Assembly: GCA_964440465.1 (NCBI GenBank)
Contig: CAYTSI010000007.1
Span: 1-59,101, forward strand
DNA from: an uncultured Spirochaetales bacterium
GTDB taxonomy: Bacteria > Spirochaetota > Spirochaetia > SPDA01 > CAZSGZ01
DNA: 59,101 nucleotides
Direction of reading: 5' to 3'
In this document: positions 48,006-56,312 of the stretch, piece by piece
Layout: each line of letters starts with the position of its first letter
Numbering within the stretch: the stretch's first letter is position 1
Notes under the pieces: generated by a model
Seen by the model: only the letters and a program-made list of their open reading frames with translations
Databases searched by the model: none
What the model was told of the DNA's origin: nothing
Position numbers and translations under genes: made by a program

Positions 48006-48141
48006 GCAATTCGAAATATGGAGCAATTGGAGATAAAGGAGCGAAAAACACCATGCCGAGTGACATCGCGCTAGCGCTAAAACGAGGTATGGTGTTTTTC
48101 GCTATAATATTTCGATTACCATGCTCCATATTTCGAATTGC
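48006..48141. repeat. 136-nt nested perfect inverted-repeat element (20-bp outer arms, 14-bp inner arms, central GCGCTAGCGC)
   Basis: GCAATTCGAAATATGGAGCA (48006-48025) pairs with TGCTCCATATTTCGAATTGC (48122-48141). GCGAAAAACACCAT (48041-48054) pairs with ATGGTGTTTTTCGC (48089-48102). A third ATATTTCGATT copy lies at 48107-48117. Confidence 0.85.
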
Positions 48142-48202
48142 TGGGTAAATACAGTTTGACATTACTGTGAAATTGTTTTACAACGGAAGTGAGAGGTAAG
48201 AC

Positions 48203-49180
48203 GTGTTTTCAAAGAAAATTTCCGACGGTTTTTTCGGTGTATGTGTCGGCGAAGCCTTAGGGCTGCCTGTAGACTGCCGGTCGAGAAAATATTTAGAACA
48301 GAACCCGGTAACCGATTTTGAGGGATTCGGTACCTATAACCTTCCCCCCGGGACATGGTCGGACGGAAGCTCTCTTACATTCTGCACAGCCGAAGCGTTT
48401 ATTACCGGGTATAATCTCGAACGCATCGCGGAAAAATTTATTCTCTGGCGGGACACGGGATACTGGACACCGAACGGGGAGCTTGTCGGCAAATGGAACC
48501 ATAACGCCGATATTGTACAAAATCTGAAACAGCGGGTAAGCGGAGCGTTTTTCAAGCCGAGGGAAAACGGGGAACCGAATAATTTCTCTCTGCTCTGGGT
48601 CTTGCCGCTGGCATACGTTACCTACGGCCTTTCTCTGCAAAAGCGGGCAAAGGTGGTGCGTGAAGTGGTCAATTTTATCGACGGGAACCCTCTCAGCATT
48701 ATCGGGGCCGTTATGTACAATGAAATGGCAATCGGGCTGCTGGATGAAAAACCTATACAGGATGCCGTTGTCGGCGCGCAGGAAGCAATTACCAAGCTGT
48801 ACGGGGACAGGGAAGAGTTTTCCGCCTTTTCACCCGTATTCGGCGGAAGGATTATTTCCCTCACCGAGCCGGACCTCCGGGCGTCAAACAATTTAATCGA
48901 CACCCTGATAGCCGCGGTTTGGGTCCTGCTCCACGGAAAGAATTACCGGGAAACCCTCCTCGCGGCGGTGAACCTCGGGGAAGACACCGATTCCCTCGGT
49001 GCCGTTACCGGCGGCCTGGCGGGCATTGCCTTCGGGTATGAGAGCATACCGGGAGCGTGGGTACAACAAGTTGCCCGGAAAAAGGACATTGAAGAACTCA
49101 TTCTCCGCTTTACGAACAAGATGGAGGCATGGGAAGCCCGGCTGCAGAACAGCTCGGCATCGAAAAGCCGTCCTACGTAA
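48203..49180 (+). CDS. ADP-ribosylglycohydrolase family protein
   Basis: N-terminal GVCVGEALGLPVD and C-terminal LGEDTDSLGAVTGGLAG motifs. GTG start behind GAGAGG. Confidence 0.8.
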   Translation: MFSKKISDGFFGVCVGEALGLPVDCRSRKYLEQNPVTDFEGFGTYNLPPGTWSDGSSLTFCTAEAFITGYNLERIAEKFILWRDTGYWTPNGELVGKWNHNADIVQNLKQRVSGAFFKPRENGEPNNFSLLWVLPLAYVTYGLSLQKRAKVVREVVNFIDGNPLSIIGAVMYNEMAIGLLDEKPIQDAVVGAQEAITKLYGDREEFSAFSPVFGGRIISLTEPDLRASNNLIDTLIAAVWVLLHGKNYRETLLAAVNLGEDTDSLGAVTGGLAGIAFGYESIPGAWVQQVARKKDIEELILRFTNKMEAWEARLQNSSASKSRPT

Positions 49181-51095
49181 AAAGCCGCGATATCTCCTTC
49201 TTATACTTTTCCGCGATAACATGCCGTTTTATTTCCTGCTTTTGTGAAAGTTCATCCCCTAACTCAAAGGGTTTCGGCAGGATGGAAAAACGGAAAATCC
49301 GCTCGAATTGTTTAAACCCGGTCTTCATACTGACCGCTTCGGAGATAACGCGGTGAATGAGGTCGATTATTTCGGGACTTTCCGTCAAATCCTCGGAATG
49401 CACATAGGAAATATTGTTGTTTCCGGCATATGTTTCCAGTTCTTCGAAATTCGGTACAATAAGGGCGGCGAGAAATTTCTGGTCCTGCCCTACAACCACC
49501 GCCTGTTCAATAAAGGAGGACTCCTGGATTTTCTGTTCAATAGGCGAGGGTTCGATGTTTTCTCCGCCGAGAAGGACGATGGTATCTTTGGCCCTGCCCA
49601 TGATCTTCAATTCGTTGTCGCGGGAAAGCACCCCCAAATCCCCGGTATGAAACCATCCCTCTTCCGTTATAACCTCCTTCGTCAGGTCCGGTTTGTTATA
49701 ATATCCGACCATTACCTGGGGGCCCTTTGCCAGAATGAGGCCCTTTTTCCCCGGCGGCAGCGTGTTTCCCTGCTCGTCGACAATTTTAACGGACATTCCG
49801 GGGAAAACCGGTCCGACGGTCCCGGGAACGGGCCGGTCCTGCTTCCGAACACCTAAAACCGGCGCGGTTTCGGTAAGACCGTAGCCTTCGAGTAAGAGAA
49901 TGCCCGCGGCGGCAAAGAACAGATCGTCCTCTGCCGGCAGGGCACCGCCGCCGGAAATCCCCGCGACAAAGTTGGTCCCCAGCTTTGCCTGGATCTTTTT
50001 AAAAACCAGTACCTTCCCCAGCGCTCGGAGAGGGTAAAGAAGGAGAAAGGGAATAATCCCCGCGATAAAATCGAGTACCCTGCTCCGTTTTTTAAATTCG
50101 GGAAGCAGTCCGCGGACAAGATAGGTAAGCCTGGCGTGGACCTTTCCTATCCCGACGAAAAAATTAAAAATGGCCTTCTTCGCGCCTCCCTCGGCATTCA
50201 CGTTCCGGTATACCCCCGCCCGGACACTCGACCAAATCCGCGGCACCGATGCCATCCAGGTCGGATTGAGGGTTTCAAAGTCTTTCAGCATAATTTTCCC
50301 GATCGGTTTGGAATAAGCCAGAGCGGAGGCGGACCCCAAGGCGACATACTGCATGACCCGCTCAAAGGAATGCCAAACCGGAAGGACACACAGCCAGATG
50401 TCCTCGGGTGTGAGGTGTAACATCCGCGGCGTTCCCCGGACCTGATTGAGGAAAGCTTCATGGGTAAGCATAACGCCTTTCGGTTCCCCGGTGGTCCCCG
50501 AGGTGAAAATAATTGTTGCGATGTCCTCCGGTTTTCCCAGGGCTATTTCTTCTTCGACAAGTTGAGGGTGTTCTGTCCGATAGCTTTTTCCCAGCTCCAT
50601 TACCTCGTCGAAGGTGTAGAGGGCAACACCCTGCAGCAGTTCTTTCAGTTTTTCCCGGATGCTGTCGTCTTTTTTGAATTCCGGGTCGAGTATGATAATT
50701 TCATGTAAGTCCGGAATGTCTTTCTTGTTCTTGAGAATTTTTTCCGCCTGGGTCTCATTTTCGGCAAAGACCGTTCCGCATTCGGCAAAGCTCAGAATAT
50801 AGGTAATTTCCTGTTCCGTGGAATCGCAGCCCCGGGGAACGTCCACCGCCCCGATGCTCAGCGTTGCCAAGTCGCAGATAAGCCATTCCTTCCTGTTTTC
50901 CGAAATTAACCCGATGTGGTCCCCCCGCTTTTTGCCGAGAGAGAGGAGTCCCCGGGCAAAATAATCGACTTCCGTATACAATTTGGCAAAATCGGTTCGC
51001 CGGAAGGTGCCTCCACTGTCTTTTTGGTACTGCGCCGCGTTATTCGGATATTGTCTGCTTATTTCCTGTAAAAGTTTTGGTAGTGTTTCCGCCAT
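49173..51095 (-). CDS. AMP-dependent long-chain acyl-CoA synthetase/ligase
   Basis: TSGTTGEPKGVMLTH, GYGLTET and a WFHTGDLG-type motif. Start at the ATG 51095, behind AAGGGGGG. Confidence 0.85.
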   Translation of the reverse strand: MAETLPKLLQEISRQYPNNAAQYQKDSGGTFRRTDFAKLYTEVDYFARGLLSLGKKRGDHIGLISENRKEWLICDLATLSIGAVDVPRGCDSTEQEITYILSFAECGTVFAENETQAEKILKNKKDIPDLHEIIILDPEFKKDDSIREKLKELLQGVALYTFDEVMELGKSYRTEHPQLVEEEIALGKPEDIATIIFTSGTTGEPKGVMLTHEAFLNQVRGTPRMLHLTPEDIWLCVLPVWHSFERVMQYVALGSASALAYSKPIGKIMLKDFETLNPTWMASVPRIWSSVRAGVYRNVNAEGGAKKAIFNFFVGIGKVHARLTYLVRGLLPEFKKRSRVLDFIAGIIPFLLLYPLRALGKVLVFKKIQAKLGTNFVAGISGGGALPAEDDLFFAAAGILLLEGYGLTETAPVLGVRKQDRPVPGTVGPVFPGMSVKIVDEQGNTLPPGKKGLILAKGPQVMVGYYNKPDLTKEVITEEGWFHTGDLGVLSRDNELKIMGRAKDTIVLLGGENIEPSPIEQKIQESSFIEQAVVVGQDQKFLAALIVPNFEELETYAGNNNISYVHSEDLTESPEIIDLIHRVISEAVSMKTGFKQFERIFRFSILPKPFELGDELSQKQEIKRHVIAEKYKKEISRLFT

Positions 51096-51189
51096 CTGCT
51101 GCCCCCCTTGAATATAGAGAATAGTATGAATCAGGATCATGCTGTTGTCAAATACGGATTGATATATTATATACATAAAAGAATACGTT

Positions 51190-52083
51190 ATGAAAAAAAC
51201 CGCTTTTACAGTACTAGTTTTTGTCTCTGTTGTGTTTTCAGGGTGCCGAAAAGATGAAGATGTTCTCCGTATAGCCGAACAATGGGGTCTGGCCTATCTC
51301 CCGCTGCAGATTGTTAAAGAGCACGGCCTGTTTGCCGAATATCTGCCCGATACGGAGGTAAAGTGGATAAAATTAAATAACGCCGCCGCTATCAGGGAGT
51401 CGATGCTGGCGGGGAAGCTGGACGCGGGGTTTATGGGCATTCCCCCCTTTCTTATCGGGGAACACAAAGGGATGACGTGGGAAATCTTTTGCGGCCTCTC
51501 ATCGGCCCCCCTCGGACTGGTCGTTTCGGACCCGGCAATACGGGAACTGTCCGATTTCTCAGCGGAACACCGCATTGCGCTTCCCCAGCCCGGAAGCATT
51601 CAGCACATTCTGCTGTCGATGGCCTGCGAGCGGGAACTGGGCAGGCCGGACGCCCTGGACCATCTTCTCGTTGCCATGAGCCACCCCGACGGAATGAACG
51701 CCCTCCTCGCGGAAGGGGACATAACGGCCCATTTCACCTCTCCTCCTTACCTGTTTGAGGAACTGAAAATGCCGGGTTTCCATACGGTTGTAACCGGGAG
51801 GGAGGCCTTCGGCGGCGATTTTACCTTTATTGTCGGGGTTGTCTCCTCCGAATTTGCCGAGGAACATGCCGAAGTGGTGTTAGGAATTACAGAAGCGGTG
51901 GACGCCGCTATCCGGTACATCCGGCGGGACCCGGCAGGGGCGGCCGCCGCGGCGGCCCGTTTGTATAATCTGCCTGAGGAGCACATGGCGGAATACCTGT
52001 CCAACCCCGATATGACGTTTTCCACCGCCGTACAGGGTGTTGAGCAGTTCAGGGATTTTATGAAAGGGCAGAACTATTGGTAA
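51190..52083 (+). CDS. ABC transporter substrate-binding lipoprotein (NMT1/THI5-like, NitT/TauT family)
   Basis: Lipobox FSGC. Periplasmic-binding layout, first gene of a three-gene ABC operon. Confidence 0.65.
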   Translation: MKKTAFTVLVFVSVVFSGCRKDEDVLRIAEQWGLAYLPLQIVKEHGLFAEYLPDTEVKWIKLNNAAAIRESMLAGKLDAGFMGIPPFLIGEHKGMTWEIFCGLSSAPLGLVVSDPAIRELSDFSAEHRIALPQPGSIQHILLSMACERELGRPDALDHLLVAMSHPDGMNALLAEGDITAHFTSPPYLFEELKMPGFHTVVTGREAFGGDFTFIVGVVSSEFAEEHAEVVLGITEAVDAAIRYIRRDPAGAAAAAARLYNLPEEHMAEYLSNPDMTFSTAVQGVEQFRDFMKGQNYW

Positions 52084-52853
52084 GCATTAGACGCAAGTGG
52101 GCCCAATATCTGCTGTGGCTTGCCCTTATCTCAGGGCTGTGGCAGGCGCTTTCGCTTTCGGGGCTGTTTCCCCGGCTGCTGCTCCCCGGGCTGCCCGAGA
52201 TCTTCCGCGCGCTTTTCCGGTCCGTCGGCAGCGGGCAGCTCCTGGTACAAACGGGGTTTTCCGTGCTCATTATTGTCATCGGCCTTGTAGGCGGGGCCGT
52301 GTTGTCCCTGCTTCTCCTTATGGCGGGTACGGTATCGAAGGTATGCGCCAGTTTTTCCGATTTTCTGGTAACATTTCTCCACCCCCTCCCCGGAATCGCG
52401 CTCCTGCCGCTGGTGGTGCTTTGGTTCGGTACCGGGACGGCGGCGGTCCTTGTTGTCATTATTCATTCCGTTGTCTGGCCGATGTTTACCAATATTCTTG
52501 CCGGATACCGGTCCCTCCCCGAACAATGGCGCCTGGTTGCGGACAATTACCGGATGGACCCCTGGAGCAGGCTGGTCCATGTGGTCATTCCCGGTATTCT
52601 CCCGTCGCTGTACGCGGGGCTGCGCATCAGCTGGGCGAGGGCCTGGCGGGCGCTGATAAGCGCGGAGATGGTGTTCGGGGCGATAGGAACAACAGGGGGG
52701 CTGGGCTGGTATATTTTTACCAGACGGGTTTTTATGGATACGCCGGGCTTGTTCGGCGGGCTGATTGTGGTTGTGATTATCGGCCTTCTCGCGGAGAATT
52801 TATTGTTTTTACGCTTGGAAGACCGGACGGTAAAACGGTGGGAAACAGGCTGA
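52077..52853 (+). CDS. ABC transporter permease (NitT/TauT family)
   Basis: Six TM helices and an EAA-like loop (SWARAWRALISAEMV). Confidence 0.75.
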   Translation: MVSIRRKWAQYLLWLALISGLWQALSLSGLFPRLLLPGLPEIFRALFRSVGSGQLLVQTGFSVLIIVIGLVGGAVLSLLLLMAGTVSKVCASFSDFLVTFLHPLPGIALLPLVVLWFGTGTAAVLVVIIHSVVWPMFTNILAGYRSLPEQWRLVADNYRMDPWSRLVHVVIPGILPSLYAGLRISWARAWRALISAEMVFGAIGTTGGLGWYIFTRRVFMDTPGLFGGLIVVVIIGLLAENLLFLRLEDRTVKRWETG

Positions 52854-53593
52854 TGCTTCTGGACGTTGTACATATTACCAAACAGTACGACACAGCTCCT
52901 GTTTTTCGGGATATTTCGTTTTCCATGGAAAAGGGAGATTGTATCGCTGTCTGCGGGCCTTCGGGTATCGGAAAAACGACCCTGCTGAAGTGTATTGCCG
53001 GGTTTGTCAGGCCCGAAGCCGGACAAATTCTGTATGAAGGGACACGGGTTGAAGGGCCCGGGCCGGACAGGATTATGGTTTTTCAGGAACAGAACCAGCT
53101 TTTCCCGTGGAAAACGGCGGGCGGGAATATCGCCTTTGCCCGCCGTTTCAGCGGCCGGAACAGGCCGGGGATGAAAGGTGACGCGCCGCGGAGCATAACC
53201 CCCTTTCTCCGGATGGTCGGCTTGGAGGAAGATGCCGAAAAATACCCGTATCAGCTGTCGGGGGGGATGAAACAGCGGGCGGCGGTGGCCCGTTCCTTAG
53301 CGGCGGACCCCGGGCTGCTGCTAATGGACGAACCCTTCGGCAGTGTTGACTGGAAAACACGGAAAAAACTGCAGAACATGCTGCTTTCGGTGTGGCGGGA
53401 GACGGGTGTAAGCATTATTTTCGTAACACACGATATTACGGAAGCCGTCCTGTTGTCCGACGCGATACTCCTGTTTCATGAAGAAGGGGGGATGGAGAGA
53501 GTGGAAAACACCCTTCCGCGGCCTAGGAATATGGAAACCTCCGATGCCCTCCGGTTTACGCACCGGGTTTTTGATCTTTTGGAAAAATTGTAG
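52853..53593 (+). CDS. ABC transporter ATP-binding protein (NitT/TauT family)
   Basis: ATGA-type overlap with the permease stop. Walker A GPSGIGKTT, LSGGMKQRAAVA and LLMDEPF. Confidence 0.85.
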   Translation: MLLDVVHITKQYDTAPVFRDISFSMEKGDCIAVCGPSGIGKTTLLKCIAGFVRPEAGQILYEGTRVEGPGPDRIMVFQEQNQLFPWKTAGGNIAFARRFSGRNRPGMKGDAPRSITPFLRMVGLEEDAEKYPYQLSGGMKQRAAVARSLAADPGLLLMDEPFGSVDWKTRKKLQNMLLSVWRETGVSIIFVTHDITEAVLLSDAILLFHEEGGMERVENTLPRPRNMETSDALRFTHRVFDLLEKL

Positions 53594-53612
53594 TACGATA
53601 GGATCGAAGACA

Positions 53613-54554
53613 ATGACGGAAGAAACCATACGAAAACCGACAGTGCTCATACCCTACGGCGGTCCGTGCGGGGAAAGAGAATGCCAGGACGTTTTTGTGT
53701 ATCTCAGGCCGGAAACAAACGGAGTTAAGGTTGAAAGCATTCTTCTCCGGGTCATTCACAGCAACCCCCATTATAAAGACCGGCTGAAGCTGGCCTATCT
53801 GGCCAATATTCCCGGCGATTTTATCGTACAGCGTAAAATTATTGAAAAACACTACCGGATGCATTTTTATTTCGCGGTGAAGGGGAAAGCCGCCTTTACC
53901 CCGTATATGCGCGGCTGTTTTGAAAAGTTTTTCAATACCTCCTTCGACAGGGCCGAAATAATCGGGGCCTTTGAGGCCTTAAAAATTCTAAACATGACCT
54001 ATGACGAGCTGTTTAATCTGCGTGTTCCCTTCGAGGACATGCTGAGGGTCCACGGGCAGACAATTAAGCGGTACGCCGGATATTACATCATCAATTACGA
54101 CCTTCCCGCGTTACTCCATAAGAACAACAATACGACGGATGTCGCGGTAATGATCTTCAGGACAATTTTTAATTACGATAGTATTCATGAAGTTATCGAT
54201 GAAATGGGGAAGGCCCTCATTAACGAGCAGCTCCTCAATCCGGGGAAACCGCTAAGCGGTATTTTCCACTACTCCAAAGGGCCGTTCGGTCAGGTGCGTG
54301 ACGCAATCGGATATTTATATACTCCCGACAACAAACATGTCAGTTTCAAGCAAATCGCGTTTTCCAATTACTTAATTTCCCGGGGAATCAATATGCACCA
54401 GATACTAGGCGCGCTGCGCAATCCGTTAATGCGGTTTCGCGAAAACGGACAGGGTATTGTTGAAAGCGATATTTTTACCTACACTGCCGACGATTCGTAT
54501 CAAGCGGCGTATACCAAGCTGCTCAATGTTGTTTCGCAAGTGGTGATGGAGTAG
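53613..54554 (+). CDS. Hypothetical protein (313 aa), last gene of the ABC operon
   Basis: The ATG at 53613 lies 19 nt after the ATPase stop. No family recognised; see the findings for a weak NDK-like resemblance. Confidence 0.55.
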   Translation: MTEETIRKPTVLIPYGGPCGERECQDVFVYLRPETNGVKVESILLRVIHSNPHYKDRLKLAYLANIPGDFIVQRKIIEKHYRMHFYFAVKGKAAFTPYMRGCFEKFFNTSFDRAEIIGAFEALKILNMTYDELFNLRVPFEDMLRVHGQTIKRYAGYYIINYDLPALLHKNNNTTDVAVMIFRTIFNYDSIHEVIDEMGKALINEQLLNPGKPLSGIFHYSKGPFGQVRDAIGYLYTPDNKHVSFKQIAFSNYLISRGINMHQILGALRNPLMRFRENGQGIVESDIFTYTADDSYQAAYTKLLNVVSQVVME

Positions 54555-54640
54555 AAAATAAATAAAAAGTGTTACCTTTTCCCGCTTCCGTTGTTTGTAT
54601 TATTGAGCAAGTAGTAATACACCTCCTTTTTTTAACTTTA

Positions 54641-54682
54641 CCCCTTAGGGTTTTCACCTCCTTTTCCCTAAGGGGTCTTTTT
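54641..54682 (+). terminator. Intrinsic terminator-like hairpin (10-bp stem, 15-nt loop, T-tract)
   Basis: CCCCTTAGGG-ttttcacctcctttt-CCCTAAGGGG-TCTTTTT. Confidence 0.5.
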
Positions 54683-54733
54683 ATCCATGTTGATTGGATC
54701 CGCCTTCTCCGGTACACTGATGCTATCGATATT

Positions 54734-55498
54734 ATGCGGCTATCAATTATTCCGCTGCCGGAGAATACGGTGGAGTGCGGATATTTTCCCGACAGACAAT
54801 TTACCGCCGAACATTTCCTTGCTGAAGATATGGGGCCGGTGCAGCTCGAGGCCCTGCTCTCCCGCGGGTTCCGTCATTTCGGGCGGTATTTTTTCAGGCC
54901 CGTATGCGCGGACTGCGGCAGCTGTGTTCCCATCCGGGTGGACCTGCGCCGTTACCGGACAACACGGTCGGCTAAACGGCTGCACGTAAAAAACAGAGGC
55001 GCGGATGTCAGCATTACCCCTCCGGAAGTATCGGCGGAGGCCTTCGAACTGTACAAAAAGCATAAGCGGCGTTTTTCCGGCGGCGGGACCGAATCGCTCG
55101 ATCAGTTTACAAAGGCGTTTTTTTATCCCATGTCCGGCTCCCGGCAGCTGTCGATGTATCTGCGGGGAACATTAATTGCCGTCGGCCATTTCGATGAAAC
55201 GGAAAACGCCCTTTCCGCCGTCTATTCTTACTACGATGACGCGTATGCCGATAAAAGCCTCGGTACCTACACGGTCAACCGGCTAATCCATTACGGCCGG
55301 GAGAGGGGGAAGCAGTATCTGTACCTGGGGTACTACATCGAGGAGAACAGACACATGCGGTATAAAAGCAGATATTATCCGAATGAAATCAGCACCGGCG
55401 GCGGTGCCTGGCTGCCGTTTGTTACCGCCTCCGGAGAAAGGGTAAACGAGGAGGCCCTTCGGAAGGGCTTTACCGCTGCAGAACGGTCCGGACAATGA
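54734..55498 (+). CDS. bpt: Arginyl-/leucyl-tRNA--protein transferase (Bpt/ATE family)
   Basis: ECGYFPDR, GFRHFGRYFFRP-C-DCGSCVPIRV and YLYLGYYI motifs. Start at the ATG 54734; the ORF opens further upstream. Confidence 0.8.
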   Translation: MRLSIIPLPENTVECGYFPDRQFTAEHFLAEDMGPVQLEALLSRGFRHFGRYFFRPVCADCGSCVPIRVDLRRYRTTRSAKRLHVKNRGADVSITPPEVSAEAFELYKKHKRRFSGGGTESLDQFTKAFFYPMSGSRQLSMYLRGTLIAVGHFDETENALSAVYSYYDDAYADKSLGTYTVNRLIHYGRERGKQYLYLGYYIEENRHMRYKSRYYPNEISTGGGAWLPFVTASGERVNEEALRKGFTAAERSGQ

Positions 55499-56279
55499 GC
55501 AGCGTGGAAGTTAGCGTCAAGGCGGCATAGATGAGCACCGTGTAGTGCCGTTCCTTCATTATCCGCACCAGTCCGTATCCTGCCGCAACGCCTATGGGTA
55601 TTACCGGCAGCATCCAGACGCCTAAGAGCAGGTTTTTCGCTTCTATCCTGCCCATCAGGCTGAAGGGGACCATTTTTAGCATATTGAGAAAAAAGAAAAA
55701 GGCGACGACGGTTGCCGCGAAATTCATTTTTTTCGGTTTTTGCGGCAGCAGATACATCTGAATCAGCGGGCCCGCGCTGTTAGACATAGTCGAAACCACC
55801 CCCGCGAGAAAGCCGAAAATACCCGCCGCGGCAACCCCCGTTCCCGTTCTCTTTTCGGCAAGGCGCTTTACAATCCAGGATTTCAGCGCCCGGTAGGCGA
55901 CAAAACTGAGGCCGAGGATTCCTAAAAACAGGCGGAACCACTTGTCGGGGATGTAGATGAAGGAGTTTTCCTTCGACACGAAGAGGATGGTTGCCAGTGC
56001 TACGCCCGCGAGGGTCCCCGGAATGAGGGGAAGGAGTTTTTTCCACAGGATGTGCTTCCGATAGAGGATAAACCCGAAAATGTCCATTAAAATGAGGAGG
56101 GGAAGCATGAACGCGACAGCCGACCGTGCCGCTTCCGTCTGCCCGGGAAAGACCAGCACTAGAAGTGACATTGCCACCGGCCCGGCGGGAAATCCCCCTT
56201 TTCCGGTTGATGTGAGGAAAACACTGAATGTTATCCAGAAAATCGTCAGCGGCGCGTAGGAGCGTAGTACTTCGAGCAT
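55470..56279 (-). CDS. TauE/SafE-family anion (sulfite) exporter
   Basis: 269-aa protein with about eight TM helices and a duplicated 4-TM layout. It overlaps the convergent bpt by 29 nt. Confidence 0.65.
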   Translation of the reverse strand: MLEVLRSYAPLTIFWITFSVFLTSTGKGGFPAGPVAMSLLVLVFPGQTEAARSAVAFMLPLLILMDIFGFILYRKHILWKKLLPLIPGTLAGVALATILFVSKENSFIYIPDKWFRLFLGILGLSFVAYRALKSWIVKRLAEKRTGTGVAAAGIFGFLAGVVSTMSNSAGPLIQMYLLPQKPKKMNFAATVVAFFFFLNMLKMVPFSLMGRIEAKNLLLGVWMLPVIPIGVAAGYGLVRIMKERHYTVLIYAALTLTSTLLIVRTVLQR

Positions 56280-56312
56280 GGAGACAATATCAGCACAAAG
56301 GCTGTCCCCGTG

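Noticed and set aside
51096-51189. Possible TPP riboswitch ahead of the NMT1/THI5-like binding protein gene.
   Set aside because: The spacer is 94 nt and shared with the divergent acyl-CoA ligase promoter. No CTGAGA or ACCTGA-type THI-box elements are present.
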